Of a DNA stretch of 64,000 nt, positions 11,233-23,562 are shown in pieces. The position numbers were made by a program, and so were the translations under genes. The notes below the pieces were generated by a model. It saw nothing but the letters and a program-made list of their open reading frames with translations. It made no database searches and was not told the DNA's origin. The stretch's first letter is position 1; each line of letters begins with the position of its first letter. The DNA comes from Mustelus asterias (Eukaryota), in contig NC_135802.1 in the NCBI RefSeq assembly GCF_964213995.1, forward strand, positions 103,726,001 to 103,790,000, read 5' to 3'.

Positions 11233-12292
11233 GTAACACACTTAATCATTTTTGTTCCATGAAGTTATATCCGCTCCATAAAATATATTTAGAGTTTGGT
11301 AGAGGATTGTAATTGACAAGAGGGAGAATTGTGAAAAAAGCAACAATGAAGTGACTGTGACCATCTCAACACTTGTTGATTAATAAGTCGGTACTTAAAA
11401 TGAATATTTGCATCTGTTATTCTGAGTATTGTTATGTGATCTAAACAGATGACAGTGATCTAGGTATGCAGGATATGACCTACATTCTACTTGTGCATTG
11501 ACTATGGCTTCATTGTTCATGAGTTATCAATCATAATCCACAGCCCCTCCTTATGTATTTGTGACGCAAGCCTAAATGGCGGTTTCTGTCTCACTCGAGC
11601 GTTTTGTATCTGAATGTTTCTGTAATCTTTATTGAAAGGCTCATATCTTTTAATACAATATCAAATAGCTGCGGAAAGCTGGGATCCTTATTAAACAACG
11701 CTTAACTGCAAATTGCCTGTCGGCCATTGGAGTCTCGCTACATTTCAAATGCAACCTGACACCGAAGCCTTGTCCTGCGAGTAGGAATGCCATTCATGCC
11801 ATTTAATCTTGTTTCCACTTCCATAATGATGCAGTGTTTGTTCCACTCAAATATGGACCTCTTGATATCAGTTTAAAATAATTAGCATTATCAACATTCA
11901 AGCAACAAAATGAGCTTTCGATTGCGTTTCCCTTTTGATGGAAATTTCTTAACTTTTCTGGCAGATTTTGAAATTGTTCCCAGGCATTTTGCAGCATCCC
12001 TCGGTCAGTGCGTGTGTGTGTGTACAATGCCCTTTGACTCTTAAAATTCAGAATATGTAAACAGTGCTGTAGCTTGAACATTACTTCTGAGATGACAAGT
12101 ATTCTCAGAGGAGCATGACAGTGTTATCTTGATGTAAGCCACATTTATTTGCCTACACTATCGATTATAACAGGCAGCAAAGTATGTTGTTATTCAAACC
12201 ATTATTACTGGTTCCATACAAAGTTCATTTTCTCATTCATAGGCACAATACACCTCATACTTCCCCGATCATGCCATGAGACAACACACACT

Positions 12293-12404
12293 TATGACGT
12301 GCGCACGCGTATGACGTGCGCATGTGTATGACATGTGGTCTATGACTATCTTACCTGGTGCACCCTGTCACTATTTAAGCACTAACTGGAGAAAATATCA
12401 GTTT
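12293..12404 (+). promoter_or_regulatory. Candidate Pol II core promoter: tandem TATGACGTG units, TATA-like box and Inr
   Basis: TATGAC repeats at 12293, 12310, 12327 and 12341; TATTTAAG at 12372-12379; Inr TCAGTTT with A at 12400 (TATA at -28). Confidence 0.5.
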
Positions 12405-12552
12405 TATCTTGATGTACTGAGTTGTTTGTGATGATGAAGCTTTGTTGAGCTCTCTGGGTACCTTGCTTGCCGTGGGGAGTTATCTGATTCGCTAGTTGCT
12501 GCTAAGTGACAATGCCTTAATTCTGCTGGTGACTGGCTGGTCTGAAAATTAG
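12400..12552 (+). other. Candidate non-coding alternative first exon
   Basis: Starts at the Inr and ends at AG|GTCAGT (donor at 12553); only very short ORFs. Confidence 0.3.
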
Positions 12553-13009
12553 GTCAGTTTCTCTTATATTTTTAAATATTTATTCAGCCAACAGCCCACG
12601 CTGTTTAGCGTAGAAGATAGATGGCAGACCTACCATCCAGTGCTCCAATCCCATTCATCGAGCTGTTAGCCGAGAAATGCTTCGCAAGGGGGAAACTGGG
12701 AAACATGTATTCTTTCTAGACCCTTGTGATATGAATTCCAGTGTCAGATAGCAGGATTTCCTGGTCTTTGAATCCAGGGCAGCCTATCATTATCTGTTTG
12801 GTGACCAGGCGCGCTTTTTACATTTTCGGAATGTTTTTCGCCACATATTTGGCTTTCCTCTTGCATAGTGTGGAAGAGAGAGCCCAACAGGACTGGCGAC
12901 TGCTGATGGACTCATTGGGTGTCTGTTACACTAACAGCGCAGATATGTTTTTCTTTCACTTGATGCTGCAACTAAGTGGTTTCAAACCAGTGGTGGGCAA
13001 CCTGTCGGG

Positions 13010-13300
13010 GGGCCACAATGGTTAGCACTGCTGCCTCACAATGCCAGGAACCCGGGTTCGATTCCCGGCTTGGGTCACTGTGCGGAGTTTGCACGTTCTC
13101 CCCGTGTCTGTGTGGGTTTCCTCCGGGTGCTCCGGTTTCCTCCCACAGTCCAAAGACATGCTGGTTCGGTGCATTGGCCTTGCTAAATTCTCCCGGAGTG
13201 CACCCGAACAGGCGACGGAGTGTGGCGACTAGGGGATTTTCATAGTAACTTCATTGCAGTGTTAATGTAAGCCTATTTGTGACAATAATAAATAAACTTT
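13010..13300 (+). mobile_element. V-SINE (HE1-like head), tail type B
   Basis: tggttagcactgctgcctcac..ggttcgattcc tRNA head; V domain (gtgggtttcctccgggtgctccggtttcctcccacagtccaaagac); tail ...gtaagcctatttgtgacaataataaataaa. Confidence 0.9.
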
Positions 13301-13756
13301 AAAAACATGTAGCCCATCTGGATTCTGTGTGTGGCCCTTGAGACATTTTGTTGACTGTTGCCCATGCACAGGGGTGCCACATTTCACTGATTTATGTCCG
13401 TGTAGTTTTTTTCCAACTGGTATGACTGATGTGATACCCACATAAAGCAGGGGCAAGTGAAATGAGGCACGAGCACAACATTAACTGTGAGAGCCATGCG
13501 TTCCCTCTGTGTCCAAACTGTAAATATTTCTTTTACTTTTACCATTTGAAGTTGGGAATTCTATTAATATATAAATGAGTAAGCATTTCTATAACTCATT
13601 ATGAAATATTCAGCACGTATTAAATATATTTAATCTTATTCATAGGGTCATGGTTAGTGAACAAGCTTGATTTCAATCTTGTGGCCCACTGAAATGAAGG
13701 CGGGCACTCACTCAGCCCACTCACAGGGTACCCATCACTGTTTCAAACAATTAAAA

Positions 13757-13960
13757 GAGTCTACACATCCTTGAGCGTCTGCGTGGGTTTCCTGCGGGTA
13801 TCCGGTTTCCTCCCACAGTCCAAAAGACGTGCTGATTAGGTGCATTGGCCATGCTAAATGCTCCTTTAATGTACCCGAACAGGCACCGAAGTGTGGTGAC
13901 TGTGGGATTTTCACAGTAACTTCGTTGCAGTATTAATGTAAGTCTACTTGTGGCAATAAT
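13757..13960 (+). mobile_element. V-SINE, 5'-truncated, tail type B
   Basis: V domain plus cacagtaacttcgttgcagtattaatgtaagtctacttgtg tail. Confidence 0.85.
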
Positions 13961-14850
13961 AGAACATAGAAAAGCTACAGCACAAACAGGCCCTTCGGCC
14001 CACAAGTTGCACTGAACAATTTCCTTCCCTTCTAGGCTCATCTATAACCCTCTATCTTACTAACCTCCATGAGCCTATCCAAAAGTCTCTTAAAAGACTC
14101 AATCGAATCCGCTTCCACCACCACTACCAGCAGCCGATTCCACGCACCCACCACCCTCTGAGTGAAAAACCTACCCCGAACATCTCCTCTATACCTACTC
14201 CCCAGCACCCTAAACCTGTGGCCTCTCGTGACAACCACTTCAGCCCTGGGTAAAAGCCTCTGAGAATCCACTCTATCAATACCTCTCAACATCTTATACA
14301 CCTTTAGGAACATTTAAGCGGTTATTGGATAGGCACATGGAGCACACCAGGATGGTAGGGAATGGGATAGCTTGATCTTGGTTTCAGATGAAGGTCGGCA
14401 CAACATCGTGGGCCGAAGGGCCTGTTCTGTGCTGTACTGTTCTATATCTACACCTCTATCAGGTCACCTCTCATCCTTCACCTCTCCAAGGAGAATAGAC
14501 CTAGCTCTCTCAACCTATCCTCATAAGGCATACCACTTAATCCCGGCAACATCCTCGTAAATCTCCTCTGCACCCGTTCTATGGCTTCCACATCCTTTCT
14601 GTAATGAGGCGACCAGAACTGGGCACAGTACTCCAGGTGGGGTCTGACCAGGGTCCTATACAGTTGCAGCATTATCTCCTGATTTCTAAACTCAATTCCT
14701 CCAATGATGAAGGCCAGTATTCCATACACCTTCTTAACCACAACCTCTACCTGCAACGCCGCTTTGAGCGTCCTATGAACCCGGACCCCAAGATCCCTCT
14801 GTTCTTCCACACTGCCAAGCGTCTTACCCTTAATATTATATTCTTCCATC
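13961..14850 (-). mobile_element. CR1/HER1-type LINE 3' fragment
   Basis: Minus ORFs: QRDLGV, RPHLEYCAQFWSPHYRKDV, RFTRMLPG, TRGHRF, FFTQRVVGAWN; tail at 13961-14010. Confidence 0.95.
14304..14448 (+). mobile_element. Nested 145-bp CR1 3' end with 7-bp TSD
   Basis: Flanked by TACACCT at 14297-14303 and 14449-14455; ends 'gggccgaagggcctgttctgtgctgtactgttctat'. Confidence 0.85.
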
Positions 14851-15599
14851 CTAATAAATAAAAATAAATCCAAGCTTTTGCGGTTGCAGTATATACTTTG
14901 TAAAAGGCTGTTCGATAGAAGTGAAAAATCTGGAGCCCAGTTCAGATCGTGCCATGTTGGACACAGATGACAGATATTTTTTATCATGTGATGTACAACA
15001 TCCCACAATGTGTTTATAAACAATTGAATAAAGTTTGCCAAACCACTTTTGCATGATGACGATTCCCCTTTCAGTTCCGATTCCAACCTGTGCACAGCAC
15101 AAGAAAGAAACAAAACTTATTTTTCAACTATTTCTGCTCATTCTCCAGTAAATATTTTTCACATTAGGAGTTGTTGCCGTAACCTACATTTTAAATTCGG
15201 ATTGAGATTGGAGAGAGAACCGAATCGCTCTCAGCTGAAAGGTTTCGTTTTAAAAACGTCGGTTCTCTGGTGATCAGGTCGTCACCTTTTGTAAACTTAA
15301 ACCTTGACTACAATTATTTCAGTGTTGTCTGTTTTACTGGGTTTATCAGCGAGGTTAGAATGAAGCTCTCACAGTCACAGGAAACAGCAGTTTGCTCCAT
15401 TTTGTAAGCAAAACATTAAGCCAGCATGAAACAATTTTATCTATTGTGTAAGCAGGCAAAGATTTATTTATCTCCAAAAGGTGAAACTTCTTGAGAGGAC
15501 TGAATGTCCACTGCCTGTATGTACCTCATTATTCTGGTTACGATCGGCCTGTTGTAAAAGTACTTAGCATTCAAGTGAGATGGCAGAGTGAATTTGGCT

Positions 15600-16202
15600 C
15601 CTGCCTGCATCAGACTGAATGCAGGCTATTTCTTGAAGGAAATACTGCAGCCTTCTGGACTGCGTCTGTTTCTCGAGGGAGAGGCTGCCGAAGTCCCACC
15701 CACCAGCGAGAAGGAGGAGGAGGAGGAGGAGGGGTGGGGGTGGGGGGTTGAATGAAAGACAAGACAAGCCCTAAACACCATGTCACTCTGTGAAGGAGAT
15801 AGCAGCAACAAGGCTGGAAGGCTGGTGGAAACACAGAAAGCTTAAGAGGAAGCCGGGACTGCAGAGATTTTAAGCCTGCTGTATTATCTTCTTCATCCTT
15901 CAAAATAATTGGAGTTGCTGTGGGCACTTATCAACTGACATTTTGGCAATCACACTTTTATCAAATAGCAAGGATTGTATACCTTTTTTTGTAAAGGAAG
16001 GACAAGCTCCGACAGAACTCTGAATCCAAAGGAAAAAATCTTTCAGCTGTATTTAAACTGGCAAACAGCAGAAGGCAGAGAAGTCCCGAAAGCCTCATCA
16101 GTCATTGACACTGTCAGGAATAGTGGTTTAAGAGGAAGAAGGGCCTGGGGCACTACACGCTGTCAGTGAGTTCCCTACATCGGAGATAAAGATTCCATCT
16201 AC
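15600..16202 (+). other. RBMS3: RBMS3 5' UTR / proximal promoter region (TSS not determined)
   Basis: Repeat-free, purine-rich sequence directly preceding the ATG; 'ggaatagtggtttaagaggaagaa...ggagataaagattcca.ctacATG' resembles the mammalian RBMS3 leader as I recall it. Confidence 0.6.
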
Positions 16203-16277
16203 ATGGGCAAACGTTTGGAACAGCAGCCAATGTACCCTCAGTACACTTACTATTACCCTCATTACCTCCACACAAAG
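16203..16277 (+). CDS. RBMS3: RNA-binding motif single-stranded-interacting protein 3, first coding exon
   Basis: Translates MGKRLEQQPMYPQYTYYYPHYLHTK (human RBMS3 begins MGKRLDQPQMYPQYTYYYPHYLQTK); 75 nt ending at a phase-0 AAG|GT donor. Confidence 0.95.
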
Positions 16278-19200
16278 GTACTGTACACAAGCAGTCTATC
16301 TCGATGTTTTTTTCCAGTATTATATGCATATTTTATACACTTACTGAATGATGAATGACAAGTCACCTACCGTGTATTGTGAATTATGTTCTTTTTTTTA
16401 CCGCTCTTCAACGAAGTGTCCTGCAGGCAGAACTATTAGTCTAAATAGGTACTTGAAAGAGAAAGGTCTGTTGTTATAGATTTGCCTGTTTATGGGATTA
16501 ACACTTTTTGAATGATGCTAATTGAAACCTTTTATTGCTGTCTGTATGAAAGATAGATCTCACTTGCTTTGATTTTAAAATAAATTGTTTGCCTTTTTAT
16601 TGAAGTATCCTAGACCCTGCTGGTTAATTCCTCGGGTGACATGTCATTTACCTGTTAGTTGAGCTGCCGGGAAGGCCTGCGCGTTTTTCCTTTTTAGCTA
16701 CAAATTTGACCGCAGCTGGTGACACTTTGATTTGATTTATAATTTTAATGCATTTACTTCCCTGTTGCCAGTGGCAACTCTTTTAGACAGTACGTATTGC
16801 ATACTGCTTTTGGAAAGTCTGTCTGGCTTCGCTCATTGTGCAATCCAGCTGGTTTTATTTCCCTCACTATTATACAGCATTTTACAAGGTTTTTTTCTTC
16901 CCCCTTCAAGGTCGATTTCCAGAGAATGTGATCTCTGCGAGCGTTCAGCCTCCACCCTGTTGGCTGCTTTGGGTTGGTGCTGGCTGCTACAGTGCCTGCA
17001 GTTCTGTGTTGCTAAAACCTGAGTAAAACATAGCAGTAAAATCCTCCTTTCAATCCTCATAATTGTTGTCTTAAAAAAAAATTATTGTCTGTTTTCTGTT
17101 TTTTAAGATATCTTAGTGCAGTGGAAAAAAAAAACACATGCGCCATAGTCCACAAAGTAACCCAGAGCGCTTGCGAACAGAGTAGAAGGAAAACATCTGG
17201 TTTTTATTAACTGGAAAGCTAGTCATCAGCTCCTAGGCCATTTTAATAATACCAGCTGAGGTCCCAGTTCAACTGCAATTGTAGCAGGGCTTGGTCTGAA
17301 TCTCGGATCTTTATTTCCCAGCCCTCCTCGCAGGGATAGGGGAGACTCTTACTCACTTTAGTAGTTTGCATGCAGACTGCTTTTAGATATGTGAATCCTG
17401 CAATTTCTAACTGGCGTGGAAAATTACAGTTACATCTAGCCATTGTTTCACCGTTTTTGCTAATTAGTGACTGGGAAGCGTGTGGTGCTAATTTTAATCT
17501 ACATACCATCAGTTCCCGATTCTGAGCCATTTCTTTTTTAAACATCTTTTGGTGAGCACGGTTTAGTTGCTTGAATAGTGAAATCAGGTCTTCCAGGCAG
17601 CGGCTATGCAGTGATTAGATTCCCTATTCTAATTAAAAGGGCTTTTTTTCCCCCCTATGTTTCCCTAGTCATTATAAGTAAATACGTCGAGTTTTTCTTC
17701 AGCTCTTTTTGATTGAATGCTACTGACAGGATAAAACCTAAGAGAGCAGTTGTGCAGCACAGTTTAGACAGCATGGTTTAAATTGTAAGTAAGCCGGCTT
17801 TTAGAGGTCAAGAATGCCTTGCAACGAAGCACATTGAGAATCTCCTTGGCACTAAAGGCACCAAAACGTGGACAAATGTTACATTTATTTTCATATGAGC
17901 CCCATTTCTGCAGTAAACCGTATCTGAGGAATGGGTGCCAATTGTCTGCATGCATTTGATGATTTATTAACGCCTGAAATATTATGATGAATAACAATTT
18001 ACGCAATTTTGAAAACAGAAAAGTGATTTTAAAATGAGCACCTAATATTCCAGACCTGATGGCAATACTCATTGCACAGTCGGTTTTAATTTCGAATGAA
18101 ACCTATAAAGTATGTTCCCACATGCAGGATGGTCACTCGACTCTGCTTTTTAAAATAATTTTCTAATGTCGGCTTGAAAGAGGGGTAGAGTTGCAAGTTC
18201 CTCCTCCTCCTCCCCTTCCCTTGAGGTATACGGTCATGCTGGTTTTGTACACTGCATGTCTGGACTGTAGAGTTCCAGTTCTGTGATTCAGCTTGTACTG
18301 TAGCACAGCGAAACCAATGATACCTATTGATTCAAAATGCACTGTGTGTTCTCTACAAGTGTGCTGCCTTCTGATTTGATGGCCAGTGATTTGTTGTGGC
18401 CTGACACTGGCACGTTGAAGTTGATGTCAGTTGGCAACAGTGTTGTTGTTGCTCTTTGTAGTACCCGTTTAGTGTTAGCCGGTGTTTCAAGAAGGACAGT
18501 AGGTTCGGCCATTTTGCAACATGTATAAATTGAACCAGTCGCAGATCAGCTTTTTCATGATTGATAACAGTCAAACAAACGAAGGAGAGTTTAGTGTTTT
18601 GTCTTGGAGCCATGTTGATTCTCATAAAGCAACGGGACGTTTTAATTGTAATTTGAGCATGTTACTGGAGAAAAAAATCAACTCTGTGACCTTTGTTAAT
18701 CTGTGGCCTTGTTTACCAATATCCTGTAATAAAGCCAATGTCACAATACTCTCATTTTAATATAGGCCATGTGCAGACTAATTTTATAATGAGATCGCCA
18801 TTCGAAAGTCGTCAGGCCTCCCAGCTCCTGATCTGGTTTTTTTAGCAAAATATTCCAACACATTCTTGCGGAGCATTGAACAGCTTCCTGTGTACTCTCC
18901 AGAGTAATGTTCTGGAAAATCTAAACACGGCCTAAAAAGGTAGAGATGCATTACAATTATGGTGCTGTTGTGCTAAGTAAATAAATACAGTTGGTTCCAT
19001 AGCTAATTATTATTCCGGGTCAATTTTTCCTGGAAAATGTGGCTGCTGTGAGCTGGTTTGTTTGCATGAACTCTGGGGAGTGACCAACTCTGAAGGGACA
19101 CGGAGATGTGATAACGGTGGCTATAGGGCTGCTTGGGGAAGATGTCCCCAGGCTTTGAGCTTGTGCAATCCTAACTTTGCAAGATTTGAATTGATTTAAT

Positions 19201-19800
19201 GAATAGAGATGAGACAGATTACCTGATTGAATCTAGGAATTTGTGATCCTGATTTTGATAAGTTGAAAGGTCATAATATAAGGCACACTTATTTGCAGAA
19301 AAAACCTCAACAAATGCTGAACACTGAAACAAAAGCAGAAAATGCCAGATGCACATCTTACCTGAGAGTCCTAAAGGCCTACAACTTAAACATTAACTAA
19401 CCCAGCAATACTGACAAACACATTTTCTATTTTCCTTGAATTTTCATTGTCTGATCACAGGTTTAGACCATTATTGCATGTTTTAAGCCATTCCAAAGTC
19501 AGGATGAAAGCTTTGAGTGCAACCTTTTGCAGGTCTATAAGATGGTGGTGCAATATCCTTACCAATGATGAATCACTACGTTGTGTCTCTTTGCTCCAAA
19601 TTTGCAATAATTTTTTTGGCCTTGTTTCTCTGAGCTCTCTGTGTATTTTCCTCTGTCAATTTGACTTGTGTTGCCCACAGAAGCTAGGAGACAGACGTTG
19701 AAAAGTTGCTGAATCAAAACTGTATGTACACAGAATTTAAAACAAACACTTGTTGCACTGACATGCTGTCTAATTTGAAGCTAATGCACAAAAAGTGTCA

Positions 19801-19824
19801 GTGTGTGTGTGTGTGTGTGTGTGT
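19801..19824. repeat. (GT)12 microsatellite
   Basis: Directly visible. Confidence 0.95.
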
Positions 19825-20747
19825 GAGTGGCTATGATTTGATTTGATAACCCGTGTCACTTCTGTAGTGTCAAGTCACTGAAGACCCCCTATTGTCTGCT
19901 CATTTTGCAGTCTGATTACTTTTTACCACATTTGATGTATCCCCTGCTCCACCATCTGGACTCACAGAAGGATTTGGTGCAGGGATTCCAAATACCAGCC
20001 AACCTGACAAGGCTCCGTTGCCTTGTGTTATTCAGATTGTGTTTAGTACCGAACGTGGAGCTGGGTCAGATGGAGCGAGCAATTCATCAAGCAAGCACAA
20101 ATTTCAAACTGCCTTCTCTAGCCATCTGCAGCCTGGAGTGTAGCCAGGACTGGACGGAACACACAGATGCTCTCAACCTATACAGTATATTCAGTATTAC
20201 CGTAAAATATACGCACATTATCTTCTGAACCAATGCTTCTGGATTCAAACAACTTCTTGTCAACTGCAGGAAGGTCACTCATCTAAAATTAAAGCTTGAA
20301 AAAATGCAAAACCACAGTATTTACAAACCCGAAGCAATTAATTTGAAGACAAAAATGCAAAACCTCTTCCTTGCCACTATGTTTCCTGTTTTGAAGGGGA
20401 GGATGGGATGGGTCGGTATGCTCTCCACAGTCAGTCTGACGGTATCAGATTTTTTTTTTGTCTGTTTGAAAAATATTCTCAGCCGAGAAGGTTGAGAAGT
20501 TTTCTCATTCCATTTTTATTTTTAGGATTGTATGTGGCTCATCTGGTTTTTGGAGGGGTTGTATATTTAGTGACTTACAAGAGCAGATATTTGTTTGAAA
20601 AAAAAGTGACTATCATCCCACTGCCGCATGCAGAAGACACTTAGATTTTGAAGGTTTTCTCCCTCTATACAATACTTGTAAAAATGACCTCTCAAACTCT
20701 TAAAATTAATTTTTTTAAATGCCTTCCCTCCTTACATATTAATAATC

Positions 20748-21085
20748 ATAGACTATGAATCATCGAATCACTACAGTACAGAAGGAGGCCATTCGGTCCA
20801 TCGAGTCTGCACCGACCACAGTCCCACCCGCACCCTATTCCCGTGGCCTCTCATGTTTACCCTGCTAATTCCCCTGACACTATGGTTAATTTAACATGGC
20901 CAATCCACCTAACCCGCACATCTTTGGACTGTGGGAGGAAACAGGAGCACCCGGAGGAAACCCACTCAGGCACAGGGAGAATGTGCAAACTCCACACAGA
21001 CAGTGACCCAAGGCTGGAATTGAACCCGGGTCCCTGGCGCAGTAAGACAGCAGTGCTAACCATTGTGCCACTGTGCTGCCCACGA
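20748..21085 (-). mobile_element. HE1-type V-SINE, tail type A (CR1-derived)
   Basis: tRNA head, V domain and CR1-like tail (gaatggcctccttctgtactgtag) on minus strand. Confidence 0.92.
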
Positions 21086-21674
21086 TAGAAATGGTTTGTT
21101 TATAGATGCATGAAGTTTTGTAGATTTTAAAATTGATTAAAACAAAGGGAAAATAAGATGAATCAACATTCAATGTAGTGATTTCTGATCAGGACAATCT
21201 TCAGTTATAAAATGTAAGGCCCATATTAGAAGACAATGATGTGATTTTTAAAATTTGCATTGTATAGTGTGCATTCTTTCACAAAATAGCTTTATTCTAT
21301 GCTTTGACTTCTGTGGCAATGTTTCTAATCATGCATTGTCCTTTGGACAAAATATTAGAAAAATCTCGGGTGGGAGGGGACAGAGACATCATCCAAAATC
21401 ATCTTTTATTTGAGTCCTTGGGTTGCAATGCTTCTGATTCCATCAGGGACTGTATTAAGAAACTCAGATTACAGAGTTACAGGAAAGGTATCCATGACTC
21501 AAGTAAATGTGATTGTCAGTTGGGCTTGAGAGAAGCTCAAATGAAGTCATAATTAAGAAAATTCTATGGGCGTGAAAATCACAACATGTGGAGGCATTTA
21601 AACTTTCCTTCTGTCAGATTATCTGCAGCAAGATTTTTCTGCTTTAAGCCTGGTTAACTCCCTTTCTAACTACA

Positions 21675-22348
21675 ACAAGCTTCATTGATATAGCACCTTT
21701 AATGCCGTCAAATATCCTAACAGAAGCATTAAAACCAAAACTTGAACCACATAAGGAGATATTACGGCTGCTTGACCAACAGCTTGGTAAGAAAGGCAGG
21801 GTTGAATGAGCAACTTAAATCAGGAAAGAGGTTGAGAGACAGGAAATTCTAAAGTTGGCTGCTTAAGGGACCTCCACCAATGTTGGTGTGATTAAAATTG
21901 GGAATGTCCCAATTGAAGGAGCACAGATACCTCAGACAAATGAAGGGCTGAGGGAGATTATAGAGATAGAGAGAGAGATTTGAAATCAATGGTGAGAATT
22001 TTGAAATCGAGATACTGTTTAATTGGGAGCCAATGTCGGTCAGCAAGCATGTAGGTAATGGGCGAACAGGACTTTGTGTGAGTCAGGACACAGGTAGCAA
22101 AGTTCTAGATGACCTCAAGTTTAGGGAGGGTAGAACATGGGAGACAGACCAGAGATGTATTGGTGCAGCCATATGAGTGTCAAAAGACATGGATGAGAGT
22201 TTCAGTTGTTGTAAGGGCAGAGTCTGCGATGTTGTAGAGGTGTACATAGGCAACTTTAGTGATGACATGGATTATGTGGTTGGAAACTCATCTCAGGGTC
22301 AAATGACACCAAGGTTTAGAACTGTCTAGTTCAGCCTTTGACAGGTGC
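21675..22348 (-). mobile_element. L2-type LINE 3' fragment
   Basis: Tail 'tatagcaccttt' plus 'gagaattttgaaatcgag...gggagccaatg' (reverse of HWLP...FKIL). Confidence 0.75.
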
Positions 22349-22949
22349 CAAGGAAAGGATGGCTTATGGTGGAGAACAAAGACAGTGGGCGGGATTCTTT
22401 AACTTTCTTTAACTTTCCCATGATGTGGTTCGCGGTGGTGAGAGGTGGTCCACCGTTGGTCAGCAGAGGGATCTTCTGGTCCCACCACTGTCAATGGATT
22501 TGCGTTAGCTGGCTGTATTTTCAACAACTTTGGGAAAGGGGCAGGAAGGGAGAGGGTTGCCTACTTTGGAGCAGGGTGGGGGGGAGGTGGTGTGCCTTGT
22601 GCACATCAGGGGCACCCTCTCTAATGATTTTAGCCTCTCCTCCCTTGGTACTTCCTACTTGGGTCTTCAAAACCCACACCCTCACCTCCAGTCCTAGGCT
22701 CCCTGACCCTGCTTGACAGGGGGATGTCCTTAAGGCTGCTCAGAGCGTACTACGGCTACAGTCTGGTCTTGTTTAAAAGCAGTCAATTAGGTTTGGGTTT
22801 TTCTCCTGGAGGGGTGAGTAGTATATCCCATGTAAAATTCAGTCCTTTGTTAATGGAAAGCATTATTAAGGGGCAGTGTGTAGGTGAGAAACAAGATTTA
22901 GATAAAATCCCAAGGTGATAACACTGTCTTTGGAGCAATAACAAGCCAT

Positions 22950-23140
22950 ACAGTCCAAAGATGTGCAGGTTAGGTTGATTGGCCAGGTTAAAAATTGTCC
23001 CTTAGAGTCCTGGGATGCGTGGGTTGGAGGGATTGGCGGGTGGAATGTGTGGGGGTGGGGCCTGGGTGGGATTGTGGTCGGTGCAGACTCGATGGGCCGA
23101 ATGGCCTCCTTCTGCACTGTAGGGTTTCTATGTTTCTATA
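22950..23140 (+). mobile_element. HE1-type V-SINE, 5'-truncated, tail A
   Basis: cagtccaaagatgtgcaggttagg...gggccgaatggcctccttctgcactgtagggtttctatg. Confidence 0.88.
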
Positions 23141-23562
23141 CAGACTAGAAAGTTTGCAGTTAAATTTGATATTAACCTGAGTGACATAAGTCAGGAACCA
23201 ATTATCTAGATGGTCAGAGGCTAAAACCCTACTCTTCCGGTCTAACTTTAGAGGGGTTCTCGATTAATCATTGGTGAGGAGGCTTTCATTATGACAAAAA
23301 GGGGCTCTGTAAATAGGAAAATCAGTGAATCTGGAATTGATCCCAGACATAAAAGTATTAAGAACTTGGGGGTGGTCAGAAATTAGGAGTAAAATTTGTA
23401 TATGTTTCAGTGCTTCAGAAACGTGTAGTTTTCTTAAAATATATTTTCTATCATTTGTTTAAATAAGATTATAAGTGCAGATATCTCTTTTAGAATAATA
23501 CTTGAAGATTGGATCATCGTTGAGCCCTGTCTTCAAGTTTCCCTTTAGACTAAGTTAAAGCT

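Noticed and set aside
12293-12350. Short direct repeats as a CRISPR-like array
   Set aside because: Eukaryotic context, tandem 14-17-bp units without unique spacers, and no cas genes.
13010-13080. tRNA gene-like A/B boxes (also 42835-42910)
   Set aside because: These are SINE heads that continue into SINE bodies, with no complete cloverleaf.
14478-15113. Longest ORF in the track (211 aa)
   Set aside because: CR1 ORF2 fragment with read-through into flanking unique DNA.
16284-16300. 'acacaagcagtctat' resembling an exon1-exon2 junction just inside the intron
   Set aside because: Only about 14 nt and imperfect; not distinguishable from chance.
18360-18520. Possible miRNA hairpin in intron 1
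   Set aside because: No known mature miRNA recognised and no convincing long stem by eye.
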